Positions 30,444-40,939 of a stretch of DNA of 64,000 nt are shown piece after piece. Every line of letters starts with the position of its first letter. Position 1 is the first letter of the stretch. Below the pieces are notes generated by a model. It did not search any database. It worked only from the letters and a program-made list of their open reading frames with translations, and was not told the DNA's origin. The stretch covers positions 1-64,000 of the forward strand of contig CAXGAI010000021.1 in assembly GCA_964007735.1 (NCBI GenBank), in the 5' to 3' direction. Source of the stretch: an uncultured Rhodopirellula sp. (lineage in GTDB: Bacteria; Planctomycetota; Planctomycetia; Pirellulales; Pirellulaceae). Made by a program: the position numbers and the translations under genes.

Positions 30444-31931
30444 TTACAATTCCAGCAGTTCTTCAATATCCGGGTCGATATAGTCCGGAGGGGTGGCCAG
30501 CGAAATCAGGAAAAAGACGGTCACCGTTACTAAGAGCGAAAAGGCTCCGGGATGGAATTTAAACGGCAACGTTATTTCATTAAAGAAGATCAGACCGTAG
30601 ACAACAAAACCCGACAGGACTGACGATTCGGCTCCGAATCGATTTGCTCGTCGCCAGTTCAATCCCAATGCAACCGTTGGCACAAAGGCAATCGCAAACG
30701 CACTCCAGCCCATTACACCGAGCATGGCGACCGTGTCCTCGGCAAAATAAGCGATCAAAGCAGCTCCGACCGCAATAATTACTGTCATCACACGAGCCCA
30801 GGTCAATTCGTTCTTGAGCTCGCATTGAAATAGCAGTTTAGGCAAATCATGTACAATCGCTGCCGCTCCGATATTGAGAAAACTGTCGGCGGTCGACATG
30901 ATGGCTGCGAATAGACCTGCAAAGACAACCCCTGCCAGCATGGGATGAGCATACTGCGTCAAAAAAGCTGAACTGGCCTGATCGGCATCCTCCAATGGTA
31001 GATGAAAGTCCCCCACTACAACGGCACGCATGGTAATACCTATCGATACCCAAAGGATGGCCGAAAGGAGAAAGCCCGCAAGAGACAAGGGGAGTAAGTG
31101 CCGACTGTCTTCGGGCTTTCTGGTCATCATCAACTTACTGATGACATGAGGCTGGCCACATACACCGAATGCCATGATGAAATAAATGGACAGGCACGAA
31201 ATCATCCCCATCGTACCCCAAGGTTGCATACTTTCCGGATCATCTTCTGAAATGATCTGAGCCATTTCGGTGAAACCACCATCAAGTGTGGTCATGGCGG
31301 CATAGAAGACCAATAAAGCTGCACCGATCATAATGATGCCCTGAATAAAATCAGTGTAAACCGAGGCGACCATACCGCCGGTCACACAGTAGAAGACTAA
31401 AACGCTACAGCAAATCACGAAGCACCATTCGAGTGAAATACTACTCGTCCAATCCAGATCCTGCAGCAAATCAAAAAGCACGACAGCCATAGCTTTAATC
31501 TGAACAGCGAGATAAATCAGAACGCCAGGTAACAAGGCAATGGCCATTAAACCACCCGTCCGGTTCGATTTATACCTAGAAGCAACGATCTCCGGTACGG
31601 AAAGTGAATTGGTTAGTCCGGCCAGTAATCGCAGACGTTTTCCAAGCAGAAAAAACATGATGCACATGCCAACTGAAATGCTAATCATCATCCAAAACGA
31701 ACTGGTGCCGGACTTATAGGCAATCCCCGGCCCACCAACGAAACCAAAACCGCTCATCGTACTGGCAAAGACTGCGGCACTTGTCACGAAGACTCCCAGA
31801 TGACGACCTGCCATAAAGAAATCACTCGTATTCTTTGTACGTCGCATAGCCCACAAGCCGACGAAAATACACATCACCATGTAAGCCAGAATACAACCGA
31901 ACACAATATAAGCACGATAGTCATCCATCAT
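30444..31931 (-). CDS. Sodium:solute symporter (SSS; PutP/PanF-like)
   Basis: DFFMAGR, SGFGFVGGPG, GGMVASVYTDFIQG, GQPH, AAIMSTADS; about 13 TM helices. Confidence 0.9.
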   Translation of the reverse strand: MMDDYRAYIVFGCILAYMVMCIFVGLWAMRRTKNTSDFFMAGRHLGVFVTSAAVFASTMSGFGFVGGPGIAYKSGTSSFWMMISISVGMCIMFFLLGKRLRLLAGLTNSLSVPEIVASRYKSNRTGGLMAIALLPGVLIYLAVQIKAMAVVLFDLLQDLDWTSSISLEWCFVICCSVLVFYCVTGGMVASVYTDFIQGIIMIGAALLVFYAAMTTLDGGFTEMAQIISEDDPESMQPWGTMGMISCLSIYFIMAFGVCGQPHVISKLMMTRKPEDSRHLLPLSLAGFLLSAILWVSIGITMRAVVVGDFHLPLEDADQASSAFLTQYAHPMLAGVVFAGLFAAIMSTADSFLNIGAAAIVHDLPKLLFQCELKNELTWARVMTVIIAVGAALIAYFAEDTVAMLGVMGWSAFAIAFVPTVALGLNWRRANRFGAESSVLSGFVVYGLIFFNEITLPFKFHPGAFSLLVTVTVFFLISLATPPDYIDPDIEELLEL

Positions 31932-32512
31932 GAAACGTCCTCATCCGGATGATTCGAGGAGGCACGAGCTTCAATTAATTCATGAAATCGAGCCAATGAT
32001 TTTTGAGGGAGAATGAATTCACTATAGAACAACACGTAGAGCACAATAAAGCCGGCTGGAATTCCGCAGACTCCTAGAAACATCAGCGTTGTCCCTATCG
32101 GAAATGGCCCAAGATAGTGAGGATCATACGGGTTATCCCAGGAAGACTGATAAGCAATCACCATCATGAGAAATGCACCGATGAACATGAGACCTACCAT
32201 GACCATCAAATTCCAAAAGAATGCTGCCAGTTCCTGATTACTATGTCTTGAACGACATCCCCAGCCGATCAGCAATATAAAGCCCAGCAACGTCGTTACG
32301 CCAAAGAACAGACCGGCACCAGCAACTTCGATATGTCGATCTCTACCCACGCCTCCCTGAAACATCATCGTTTGGGAGGCTCCTTCGGGCAAAGCCAATT
32401 CCTGCCTAACGTGTGGATAGCCTAATGCATCAGGTGGATGGTTGGTTACGAAAATCCAACCTATGCCTCCCCAGAGCATAACAAGTACGACGACAGCGGG
32501 TGCATATTTCAT
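31928..32512 (-). CDS. Multi-TM membrane protein, probable SSS accessory subunit
   Basis: About 4 hydrophobic helices; ATGA overlap with the symporter start. Confidence 0.6.
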   Translation of the reverse strand: MKYAPAVVVLVMLWGGIGWIFVTNHPPDALGYPHVRQELALPEGASQTMMFQGGVGRDRHIEVAGAGLFFGVTTLLGFILLIGWGCRSRHSNQELAAFFWNLMVMVGLMFIGAFLMMVIAYQSSWDNPYDPHYLGPFPIGTTLMFLGVCGIPAGFIVLYVLFYSEFILPQKSLARFHELIEARASSNHPDEDVS

Positions 32513-32647
32513 AAAGACGACAACGCCGGAAGAAGTGTTTCTGTAAAAAGCTAATTCTAGTCTGTCGAATATAAAGTGCGCAGTAGAATAAAATCAACAT
32601 CCACCCCAAATCCTGAAGCAGGCTACCCCCGGGTAACAAAAAGATTT

Positions 32648-34465
32648 ATGAAACCTCATCTCAAGAAATTCTGCCTCATCCTTGTATTGCTACAAGTTGG
32701 CCACGCATCCGCCCAAAACAGCGACTACACGACCATCCGAGTTATTGATGCGGAGACCCGTCGAGGTGTACCTCTAGTATCTCTGAAGACAGTCAACGAG
32801 CGGGTTTATATTACTGACAGCAATGGAGTTGTTGCCTTCAATGAATCTGGCTTGATGAATAAAGAAGTTTTCTTTCATGTTGAGAGCCACGGATATGAAT
32901 ATCCCAAAGACGGGTTTGGCTATCGGGGTGTCAAAATCCAAACAAGCCCCGGCTCAACGGTTACACTTAAAATCAATCGCATGAATATCGCTGAACGTCT
33001 GTACCGAGTAACAGGACAGGGGATCTATCGCGATAGCAAACGTGTTGGCATCCCCTTCCCCATAAAAGATGATGTCCCTGGTTATGTCTTAGGTAGTGAC
33101 AGCGTTCTTTGCGAATCTTTCGGTGGCCACATTTATTGGTTTTGGGGAGATACAAATCGTGTTAAATATCCTCTCGGAAATTTCCATGTAACCGGTGCTC
33201 GTTCATTACCAATCAATGCCGGAGGACTCGATCCTGACAAAGGTATCGAATTCGAGTATTTCACGCGAGATGACGGCTTTACTAAAGAAACCGCTCGTTT
33301 AGCCGGTGAGGGACTTACCTGGCTGGATTGTCTCATGAAAACCTCTGAAGAGGACGGTAAGAACCGACTTTTTGCGGTTTACATGAAGGTCAAAGCACCG
33401 CTGAATGTCTACCAGCGTGGAATCGCCGAATTCAACTTCAAAGAACAAGTTTGGGTTGAACGCATGAAGTTTCCAGCTTCACAAAAAGTCATTCCCAAAG
33501 GACATGTATTGCGATACCGAAATCCTGAAGACAAAAAGGACTACTTCTATTTTGCCGGAGGGATGCCGTTTGTTCGAGTTCCTGCCAAGGCGGATTCAAT
33601 CATCGCTGCCCATGAGTATCAGGCCTACACGCCTCTGACAAATTCTACCGGTGACCATTATCAGGTTGAGCGTGATACAAATGGAGAGCTAGCATATCGC
33701 TGGACAACCAATGCCGTTGTCATGGACGACAACATCGCCTCCAAACTGATTGCTCATAAGGAAATTACGGCAAAGGAAGCAAGCCACAGTCTCCTCGATA
33801 TCGACTCAGGGGAAGTCATCCGCACTCAACACGGCAGTGTCTACTACAACGAACTAAAACGTCGCTATGTAATGATCATTAGCCAAATCGGAGGTTCCAG
33901 TCTGCTCGGAGAAGTCTGGTATGCCGAAGCACCGGAACCCACTGGCCCCTGGAAATACACTCGGAAAATCGTATCCCACAACAACTACAGTTTTTACAAT
34001 CCGAAACAACATCCTCTATTCAACACCGATAGCGGGCGCACGATTTACTTTGAAGGTACATATACCAACATGTTCTCGGGTAACAAGAATCCTACCCCGG
34101 GATACAATTACAACCAGATTATGTACAAAGTCGATGTTCAGGATCCGCAACTTAACCTTCCTTTGCCGGTAACGCTTGCGAAGAATATAAATCAGGGCAC
34201 TTTCCAATGGATGATTGGGAAAGTGCGGGACGGTTACACAGGTGCTCCCGAGTTTTACGCCTTGGAACAGAAAGCGAGAGGGATGCGAGAGATCTCTCTG
34301 GACAGTAAAAAAATATGGATCGCCACTGAAACCGGCCCGAATCGCATCGCCCTTTACGAATGGTTTAATGACAAAGGCAACACGATTGTTAGATTAAAAG
34401 GAGCGGCAGCCCCACCCGGGTACAAACAAAAAGAATTCAAACTCGGATACGTCTGGAAGAAATAA
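32648..34465 (+). CDS. Secreted hypothetical protein (N-terminal beta-sandwich + probable beta-propeller)
   Basis: Signal peptide from ATG 32648; IRVIDAETRRGVPLV..TDSNG; YWFWGDT, GPW, FYNPKQHP, YFEGTY motifs. Confidence 0.65.
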   Translation: MKPHLKKFCLILVLLQVGHASAQNSDYTTIRVIDAETRRGVPLVSLKTVNERVYITDSNGVVAFNESGLMNKEVFFHVESHGYEYPKDGFGYRGVKIQTSPGSTVTLKINRMNIAERLYRVTGQGIYRDSKRVGIPFPIKDDVPGYVLGSDSVLCESFGGHIYWFWGDTNRVKYPLGNFHVTGARSLPINAGGLDPDKGIEFEYFTRDDGFTKETARLAGEGLTWLDCLMKTSEEDGKNRLFAVYMKVKAPLNVYQRGIAEFNFKEQVWVERMKFPASQKVIPKGHVLRYRNPEDKKDYFYFAGGMPFVRVPAKADSIIAAHEYQAYTPLTNSTGDHYQVERDTNGELAYRWTTNAVVMDDNIASKLIAHKEITAKEASHSLLDIDSGEVIRTQHGSVYYNELKRRYVMIISQIGGSSLLGEVWYAEAPEPTGPWKYTRKIVSHNNYSFYNPKQHPLFNTDSGRTIYFEGTYTNMFSGNKNPTPGYNYNQIMYKVDVQDPQLNLPLPVTLAKNINQGTFQWMIGKVRDGYTGAPEFYALEQKARGMREISLDSKKIWIATETGPNRIALYEWFNDKGNTIVRLKGAAAPPGYKQKEFKLGYVWKK

Positions 34466-34495
34466 GCTGCTTCGCTTCGGCAACTGTTCTCAGGA

Positions 34496-35587
34496 CTAAA
34501 CGTTAAATAGAAAATGGCAGATGTCGCCATCCCGCATTTCGTAACCTTTACCTTCGAGCCGTAATCGTCCGGCATTGCGGATCTCTTTCTCGCTGCCTAG
34601 TTCCTGAAGGTCTGCGAGTGAAAACACTTCGGCTCGGATAAAACCACGTTCAAAGTCAGTATGGATTACACCGGCAGCCTGAGGGGCTGTGGCACCGATC
34701 GGCACGGTCCAGGCGCGAACTTCTTTCTCACCTGCCGTAAAGTAACTTTGCAATCCCAGCGTCACATAAGCTTCGCGCGCAAGTGCGGCCAGTGAAGGTT
34801 CAGTCAAACCTACAGATTCCAACATCTCCTCCCGATCTTCTTCATCGAGTTCAGCAATCTCTGCTTCCAAACGGGCACATACATGAACCACACCAGCATT
34901 CGCTTCGGACGCATAATCACGCACACGCTGGACCAATTCATTTTCACCATTGAGATCATCTTCCGATACATTGGCGACGTAGAGCACTGGTTTGAGCGTG
35001 AGCAAACCATAGCTATGGACATATTTCAGCTCAGCATCATTAAGCCCCAGACTGCGTAAGGGCTTATCCTTACCCAAATGCTCCAGACATTTTGTGACAA
35101 TTTCGACAGTTGCCTTTGCATCCTGATCACCACTGCGAGCAGTACGCTCAGCTTTATTTAACGAATTTTCCAGCGTTTGGATATCCGCCAGCATCAGCTC
35201 AGCTTCGATAATTTCGATATCGTCAAGTGGATCGATCTTACCTGACACATGGATCACGTCATCGTCTTCGAAACAACGTACAACCTGCATAATGGCATCC
35301 ACTTCACGAATATGACTGAGGAATTTATTACCCAAACCTTCGCCTTCGCTGGCCCCTTTGACAATACCTGCGATGTCGACAAGCTTAAGGATCGCGGGAA
35401 TCACTTTCTGCGTTGTAATGTGGCTGCTGATCACATCCAGACGAGGATCAGGGACCGGCACAATCCCTTCGTTCGGCTCGATTGTGCAGAAGGGATAGTT
35501 CGCACTTTCAGCTCCTTGAGAACTGGTAAGGGCGTTAAACAAGGTGCTTTTCCCTACATTCGGTAAACCGACTATTCCTGCTTCCAT
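34496..35587 (-). CDS. ychF: Ribosome-binding ATPase YchF
   Basis: [41 protein letters not shown] domain YFTAG..VRAWT. Confidence 0.97.
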   Translation of the reverse strand: MEAGIVGLPNVGKSTLFNALTSSQGAESANYPFCTIEPNEGIVPVPDPRLDVISSHITTQKVIPAILKLVDIAGIVKGASEGEGLGNKFLSHIREVDAIMQVVRCFEDDDVIHVSGKIDPLDDIEIIEAELMLADIQTLENSLNKAERTARSGDQDAKATVEIVTKCLEHLGKDKPLRSLGLNDAELKYVHSYGLLTLKPVLYVANVSEDDLNGENELVQRVRDYASEANAGVVHVCARLEAEIAELDEEDREEMLESVGLTEPSLAALAREAYVTLGLQSYFTAGEKEVRAWTVPIGATAPQAAGVIHTDFERGFIRAEVFSLADLQELGSEKEIRNAGRLRLEGKGYEMRDGDICHFLFNV

Positions 35588-35901
35588 GTTCAAGTACTTC
35601 ATCTATAGATAAAAAGTGGATATTTGTAGGCCATTTATCGTACTACAAGTCCGATCATTGAGAAATCCCGCCCGAATCTAAAGGCTCCCACTCCTGCCGA
35701 GGTTTTCAGGCCTTGTTACCGCCTTCTACTTCCGTTGGAATGGCTAACTCGCTTTTGGCTTTTTCGATATTTTGACTATATCGGGCGGTGATAGCTCACA
35801 TTTCAAAAATAACACCGACTAAGCTAGCATTCGGCTTCGTTCTGCCAAGCATCATTGTCTGGCAAAGCAACGTCGATGAATCAGCGCGATTTAGTCTGAA
35901 G

Positions 35902-36702
35902 CTAGTTTTGAAACATATCGAGCAGTCCGATGGCTGCCACATTGTCTCTAAGTGTTGTAACCATGTCCGGATCAAGTTTCTGAATCCGTTTGACTTCCGC
36001 TTCCAGCTTAACGTGCGCTCCTGCCTGCCGCCCTTTATACTCTTCCATGACCGACATCAGTTGCATGTTCGGGCGATTCCGATCAACTGCATTTACTAAT
36101 GGGTTTTGCGTAATTGCAATTTGTGAAAGGCGTTTGAGATCGCCCAATACTTCCTCCAGTTTCTCTTGCGAGTTGACATATTCCAGAATCGTGCCCATCG
36201 TTTCCGTGCAGGTGCATTGAGCATTCATATAATTATCCATCAACGAGGTCACACTTGAGTCATCACGAGTATTAATACCCTGCAATAACGCCGTCGCCAA
36301 TTCATCGGTCAGAACAAGACGCTGTACGGGGCGAGCTAGGTAGTAAGCATACCCTCCTATAGAAACAATCAATACGGCGAGTACGCCGTAAAGCGTATTT
36401 CTTGAAGTTGTGTCCTTATCGAATTTCGAACTGTCAAATTCTTTTCCTTCAGACTCTGCCTCCTGCTGGGCTTTACGTTTGGCTCGAAAAATAGACTTTG
36501 CGGCGTCGTCAACTCCCTTCTCTTTCAAATTACGTGATTCGAGCTTAGAGTCTGCTCTGTTAATGATCGGAGCCGGCGCTTCAACAGATTGCTCGGGGAC
36601 GGTGAGTGTAGCCCCACACTCCGGGCAGTCGATAGAGCCCCCCTGCTCACCTTCCGAAGCGGAAATCGTACAGGAACACATCAAACAACGAAACGTAATC
36701 AT
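35902..36702 (-). CDS. Zinc-ribbon, single-TM protein
   Basis: MITFRCLMC..CPECG..VP; TM helix LYGVLAVLIVSIGGYAYYL; helical C-terminus. Confidence 0.75.
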   Translation of the reverse strand: MITFRCLMCSCTISASEGEQGGSIDCPECGATLTVPEQSVEAPAPIINRADSKLESRNLKEKGVDDAAKSIFRAKRKAQQEAESEGKEFDSSKFDKDTTSRNTLYGVLAVLIVSIGGYAYYLARPVQRLVLTDELATALLQGINTRDDSSVTSLMDNYMNAQCTCTETMGTILEYVNSQEKLEEVLGDLKRLSQIAITQNPLVNAVDRNRPNMQLMSVMEEYKGRQAGAHVKLEAEVKRIQKLDPDMVTTLRDNVAAIGLLDMFQN

Positions 36703-36858
36703 CTTCCAAATTACCTCTACAGCATGTCCACTTAAAACGTTATTTCCACACTATCATCATCGTACGACATTCAGCTCCAACATCACATAAAGATTGTGCG
36801 CCAATCTTCAACTGGATTTATATCACGGCAGATTTCATTTATCCGAACAGTAAGAAAT

Positions 36859-37713
36859 CTAGCGTTCCGAATCATATCCTGTCAGGGGACGGATCCAGAC
36901 ATTTCTAAAACGAACTGGGTTTCCATGGTCCTGCAGCGTGAGCGGCAGCTTAGCAGCGTGAGCTTTCCACTGAGGCGGATCCTGATGCGCAACCTGTCCA
37001 AGGCTTGTGGCACGATTGTGTACAACCACTCCATTATGGAACACCGTGATGTGAGCAGGCTTCACTAATTCGCCCTGTTCATCAAATTCTGGAGCTTCAA
37101 AAACAATATCAAATACCTGCCACTTCCCAGGCTCGCGAGAGGCATTTACCAGCGGAGGATACTGTCCGTAAATCGCTCCTGCCTGACCATCCGAATAGCT
37201 GCGATTTTCAAATGAGTCTAAGATCTGAATCTCGTAGAGTCCCATGATCATCACCCCACTGTTACCACGGCCCTGGCTATTCCCTTTAACTTCGACTGGT
37301 GTTGCGAATTCAACATGTAATTGGCAACTTCCGAATGACTCACGTGTCTGAATCGAACCCGTGCCATTGACTTCCATATAGCCGTCCTTAACAATCCATT
37401 TGGCATCTTCACCACCACCTTGCCAATGAGAAAGATCCGAGCCGTCAAACAAAACCACAGCGTCAGAGGGAGCGGTTCCGGATTTTTCCTGAGTGCTTGC
37501 CGTAGGCGGAGTAATAACCCATGGTTCCGGTCGTTCTTTATCATGGACACCCCATGGCTGCCCAGGCACATTCATCGTGTCGTCATAACCCTGTCCTGGC
37601 TGCCCCGTTCGATGACGGCCTTTCAAAATCGATTTGATCTTCCCGGCTTCTACGGGAACGCTGACCAAACAAATGCTTAATAAACAACAGATCGCAATCG
37701 CTCTCTTGAACAT
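36859..37713 (-). CDS. DUF1080 / 3-keto-disaccharide hydrolase family protein
   Basis: Signal peptide; LFDGSDL, LHVEF, GNSGV, YEIQILDS, GAIYG, LQDHG..VRFRNVWIR. Confidence 0.9.
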   Translation of the reverse strand: MFKRAIAICCLLSICLVSVPVEAGKIKSILKGRHRTGQPGQGYDDTMNVPGQPWGVHDKERPEPWVITPPTASTQEKSGTAPSDAVVLFDGSDLSHWQGGGEDAKWIVKDGYMEVNGTGSIQTRESFGSCQLHVEFATPVEVKGNSQGRGNSGVMIMGLYEIQILDSFENRSYSDGQAGAIYGQYPPLVNASREPGKWQVFDIVFEAPEFDEQGELVKPAHITVFHNGVVVHNRATSLGQVAHQDPPQWKAHAAKLPLTLQDHGNPVRFRNVWIRPLTGYDSER

Positions 37714-37801
37714 ACTTTAGCTCCTCTATCAGATCTCAATCAATTTTCTCTCATGGGAAACCCAGTATATCAGACACCGGAAGCACCTGGTTGCTGGAAA
37801 C

Positions 37802-39100
37802 CTAATCAATAAGTTGAGCAATCGGAGTACCTTCAGAAATTGCCATAGGCCTCCCAATCGGCGTTTCCAACTCCTGAGTGTAATCAATCGACAAGGCCTT
37901 CAGAACCGTTGCATGCACATCAGCAATCGATACCGGATTCATCACATGAGACGAATCGTTTTCTGTTCTGCTCTCCGGCATCAGGTTCGTTTCACCAACA
38001 ATCTGGCCTCCCCGAATTCCGCCACCCCCGACGACAACAGAGAAACCGTGCGGCCAGTGATCTCGCCCGCCAGCAGCATTGAGTTGAGGTGTTCTCCCAA
38101 ACTCACCTGCCCAGATAACTACCGTATCCTTTAATAAGTCCTCTGCTTTGAGATCAGCAACCATCGCTGCCATGGCCGGATCTAGCAGGCGAATACGATT
38201 TTGTTGAGCTGCAGTATTATTCACATGGGTATCCCAGCCTCCCAGTGTTACCTCCACACATCGCACACCGGACTTGATTAATTGTGTTGCGACATAACAG
38301 CCTCGACCGAAGGAATCATCACCGTAACGAGTTAATACTGATTCGGGCGCATCTTTGATCGAAAACGCTTTTAATTGTTCGGAGGTCATCATCCTCATCG
38401 CACGACGAATCGACAACTGATGAAGTGTTTTCGATTCATCTAAATCACGCAATCGACCGCGAGAGAACTCCGATTCAACCACTTTAAACAAATCAGCACT
38501 GCGACTATCCTGTCGCGTTTGATTCACTCGTGACCGAATATCCGGCACCGGACGCAACGGGTCGCCAATCTGGAATGCATCAAAACTATCGCCAAGGTAC
38601 CCCCCACGCCCCGGCAGGTTTGTTCCTAAAATGGATACGTGGCGAGGGATATCGCTTTCGTTTGGCAGTTGATGGCAAACGACCGCTCCGATCGAAGGAT
38701 GAACCAACGTGGGGTCCGGTCGAAACCCGGTCTTAATGTTATAAACACCCCGTGCGTGATCGCCCTCTTTACTGACGACACTACGAATGACGCTCAAATG
38801 TTCCATCTGCTCAGCAACCAGAGGCAGGGAGGAGGCTATTTCAATGCCTGATGCTGACGTCTTGATTGACTTGACGCCCCCCGAGAATTCCGGCTTAACC
38901 GCGGACGCAGGATCAAACGTATCTCTTTGACTCGGACCACCTGCCATCCAAAGAACAATCACATTCTTCGCCGGACGCCGAGAATCTTTGGCCGACTCCT
39001 GAGCACGTGTCAAGCCGCTTGCCAGAGAAGTCAACCAGGAAATCCCTGCTGTCTGCAGTAACGTGCGGCGATTCCAGTGCGTCGATTTTTGACATGCCAT
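37802..39100 (-). CDS. DUF1501 family protein
   Basis: NRRTLLQ twin-Arg; MAGGPSQRDTFDP, GGWDTH, GEFGRTP, GRDHW; start ATG 39100 preceded by AAGGAG. Confidence 0.9.
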   Translation of the reverse strand: MACQKSTHWNRRTLLQTAGISWLTSLASGLTRAQESAKDSRRPAKNVIVLWMAGGPSQRDTFDPASAVKPEFSGGVKSIKTSASGIEIASSLPLVAEQMEHLSVIRSVVSKEGDHARGVYNIKTGFRPDPTLVHPSIGAVVCHQLPNESDIPRHVSILGTNLPGRGGYLGDSFDAFQIGDPLRPVPDIRSRVNQTRQDSRSADLFKVVESEFSRGRLRDLDESKTLHQLSIRRAMRMMTSEQLKAFSIKDAPESVLTRYGDDSFGRGCYVATQLIKSGVRCVEVTLGGWDTHVNNTAAQQNRIRLLDPAMAAMVADLKAEDLLKDTVVIWAGEFGRTPQLNAAGGRDHWPHGFSVVVGGGGIRGGQIVGETNLMPESRTENDSSHVMNPVSIADVHATVLKALSIDYTQELETPIGRPMAISEGTPIAQLID

Positions 39101-39125
39101 TGTATCGATCTCCTTCAGGAAACAA

Positions 39126-40838
39126 TCAGTGGGACCAGGAAAACTCAGTGCTGTTCGTGAGTGTCCAAAACAAGTCTTCAATAACCCTGCCCCGCTGGGC
39201 GTCCGGCTTCTCTCTGAACTTTTTAAGAAAGTATAGCAATTCAGCCTGACTGGGATTCCTCGTTAATACGGTTAAATAAGCCGCGCGAATCGCGTCTTCG
39301 TCATCTTCGGTGAGCCGACTTATTCTGGCGGAAGCATTACCACCGTTACCATTTGCAATCCGGCTTTGTGAAAGATTCCCATTCATTAATAATAGGCGTT
39401 GAGTCACGGTCCCTCCCCGGTCTTCAAATTCATCTTCTCCGGTATCGCCGTATCGTTTCACAAAATTGTTTATTTCATTTTGCTGCTGCAGCCGTATCAA
39501 ATAGCTGACATCCGCATTGATCGTTTGGAGGCTGGCTGTCTGATTCAAGGCTCCAGCAACCTGTTCAGGACGCAGTCTTACCAACGGAAATACCGACCAC
39601 ACCGCTTCGTGAGCTTCTGTCACTTCAAAGTCCGCCCTGCTATCCAACCTGAAAACCTGCAAACGGGTGATCACCCGAATCAAATGCTTCAAGTCAAAGC
39701 CACTCTCAACAAACTCATCTGTCAGTGCCTCAAGGCCGAGAGGAAATGGACCCGCTAATGGTATATCGTCGACCGGAACCACCAAAGGACGACCAAATAC
39801 GATCGCCCAGATCCGATTTACCGCAGTTCTGGCAAATGCCCGATTGTCCGGATGCGTCACCCAGTCGGCAAGTTGCCCACGTCGCGTTCCCTTAGAATCT
39901 GACAACTCTTGAAAAAACGGAACCACCGGCGGTACGATCACTTCTTCTTCATTGCCAAGGTATTTATAGGCATAATGTTCCGCATCATCATCCACCCCAT
40001 ACAAGCCCGTCTTTACCTGAGAATAAAATGCGGCAAACTGATGGAAATCAGATTGCAAACCACCTTCCGCGGGATCGCTTGGATTCAATGTAATCGTACC
40101 CAGTCGATCGTCGTGACACTGCAAGCAATCAATTCGCATTCCTAGAAATGCGCGACTTGTTCGACCAGCCAGCTTCATCATATCGGGACGACCATCCTCG
40201 CCCTCCGTAATCGCCGCTGTGACAAAGTTTACTTCCGGGTCACTCGTCCAAACGCCCTTGCTATCAATCAGCGAATGCACTAACTCATCATAAGGTTTAT
40301 TGTCCATTAACTGATCGCTCAGCCACAGTCGGAATCGTCCACGTCTGTAAATCAGAAACGGGCCCGCATCGACACCAACAAAAATCCTAGCAAATCGTTC
40401 ACTGAGATAATCTGAATATCGCCGATCCATCAGGAGGTAGTTGACGTAACGGTCAATCACCTTGTCATCCGTCATTTCATAACCCGATTCGAGAGCAAAC
40501 GCTTTGACTTCTTCCAGCGAAGGAATCGTGCCGTGCAATGCCAGCGACGCTCTTCGCATCACTGTCAGCGTGTGTGCTGCGGGAGCAAATGGCAGCGATC
40601 TTTCTTTCCACTGCTGCTGAAACTGCTGATCTACTTCAGCAACAACTTCTAATAATCCCGCAGCCTGTTGGTGGTGATTATCAATTTGATTAACCCGACG
40701 TTCCAAACCTTTCGTACTAAAAGCACTGCCCACCAACCCACCAATTCCGGCCACACATAACAGTACAAACAGTACTGCTTGTGTTGTTGATTTCAATTTA
40801 TGGGGCTGTTCTTCTGTCATGGAACGAGCTGAATCCAT
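39126..40838 (-). CDS. DUF1549/DUF1553 protein with N-terminal membrane anchor
   Basis: RRASLALHGTIP, CLQCHD, LADWVTHPDNRAFARTAVNRIW, C-terminal NSTEF. Confidence 0.85.
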   Translation of the reverse strand: MDSARSMTEEQPHKLKSTTQAVLFVLLCVAGIGGLVGSAFSTKGLERRVNQIDNHHQQAAGLLEVVAEVDQQFQQQWKERSLPFAPAAHTLTVMRRASLALHGTIPSLEEVKAFALESGYEMTDDKVIDRYVNYLLMDRRYSDYLSERFARIFVGVDAGPFLIYRRGRFRLWLSDQLMDNKPYDELVHSLIDSKGVWTSDPEVNFVTAAITEGEDGRPDMMKLAGRTSRAFLGMRIDCLQCHDDRLGTITLNPSDPAEGGLQSDFHQFAAFYSQVKTGLYGVDDDAEHYAYKYLGNEEEVIVPPVVPFFQELSDSKGTRRGQLADWVTHPDNRAFARTAVNRIWAIVFGRPLVVPVDDIPLAGPFPLGLEALTDEFVESGFDLKHLIRVITRLQVFRLDSRADFEVTEAHEAVWSVFPLVRLRPEQVAGALNQTASLQTINADVSYLIRLQQQNEINNFVKRYGDTGEDEFEDRGGTVTQRLLLMNGNLSQSRIANGNGGNASARISRLTEDDEDAIRAAYLTVLTRNPSQAELLYFLKKFREKPDAQRGRVIEDLFWTLTNSTEFSWSH

Positions 40839-40939
40839 TTCCTAGGGTTATAGTAAGAAGGATAGAGATGAAGCTTTGTATCTATTATTAGCAATTAACC
40901 CGACAAAAATAAGCCGTCTCGTCTTGGAATTATACCGGC

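Noticed and set aside
6793..39100. DUF1501 proteins as true sulfatases
   Set aside because: They lack the C/SxPxR formylglycine motif, which is present only in the 19023-20540 gene
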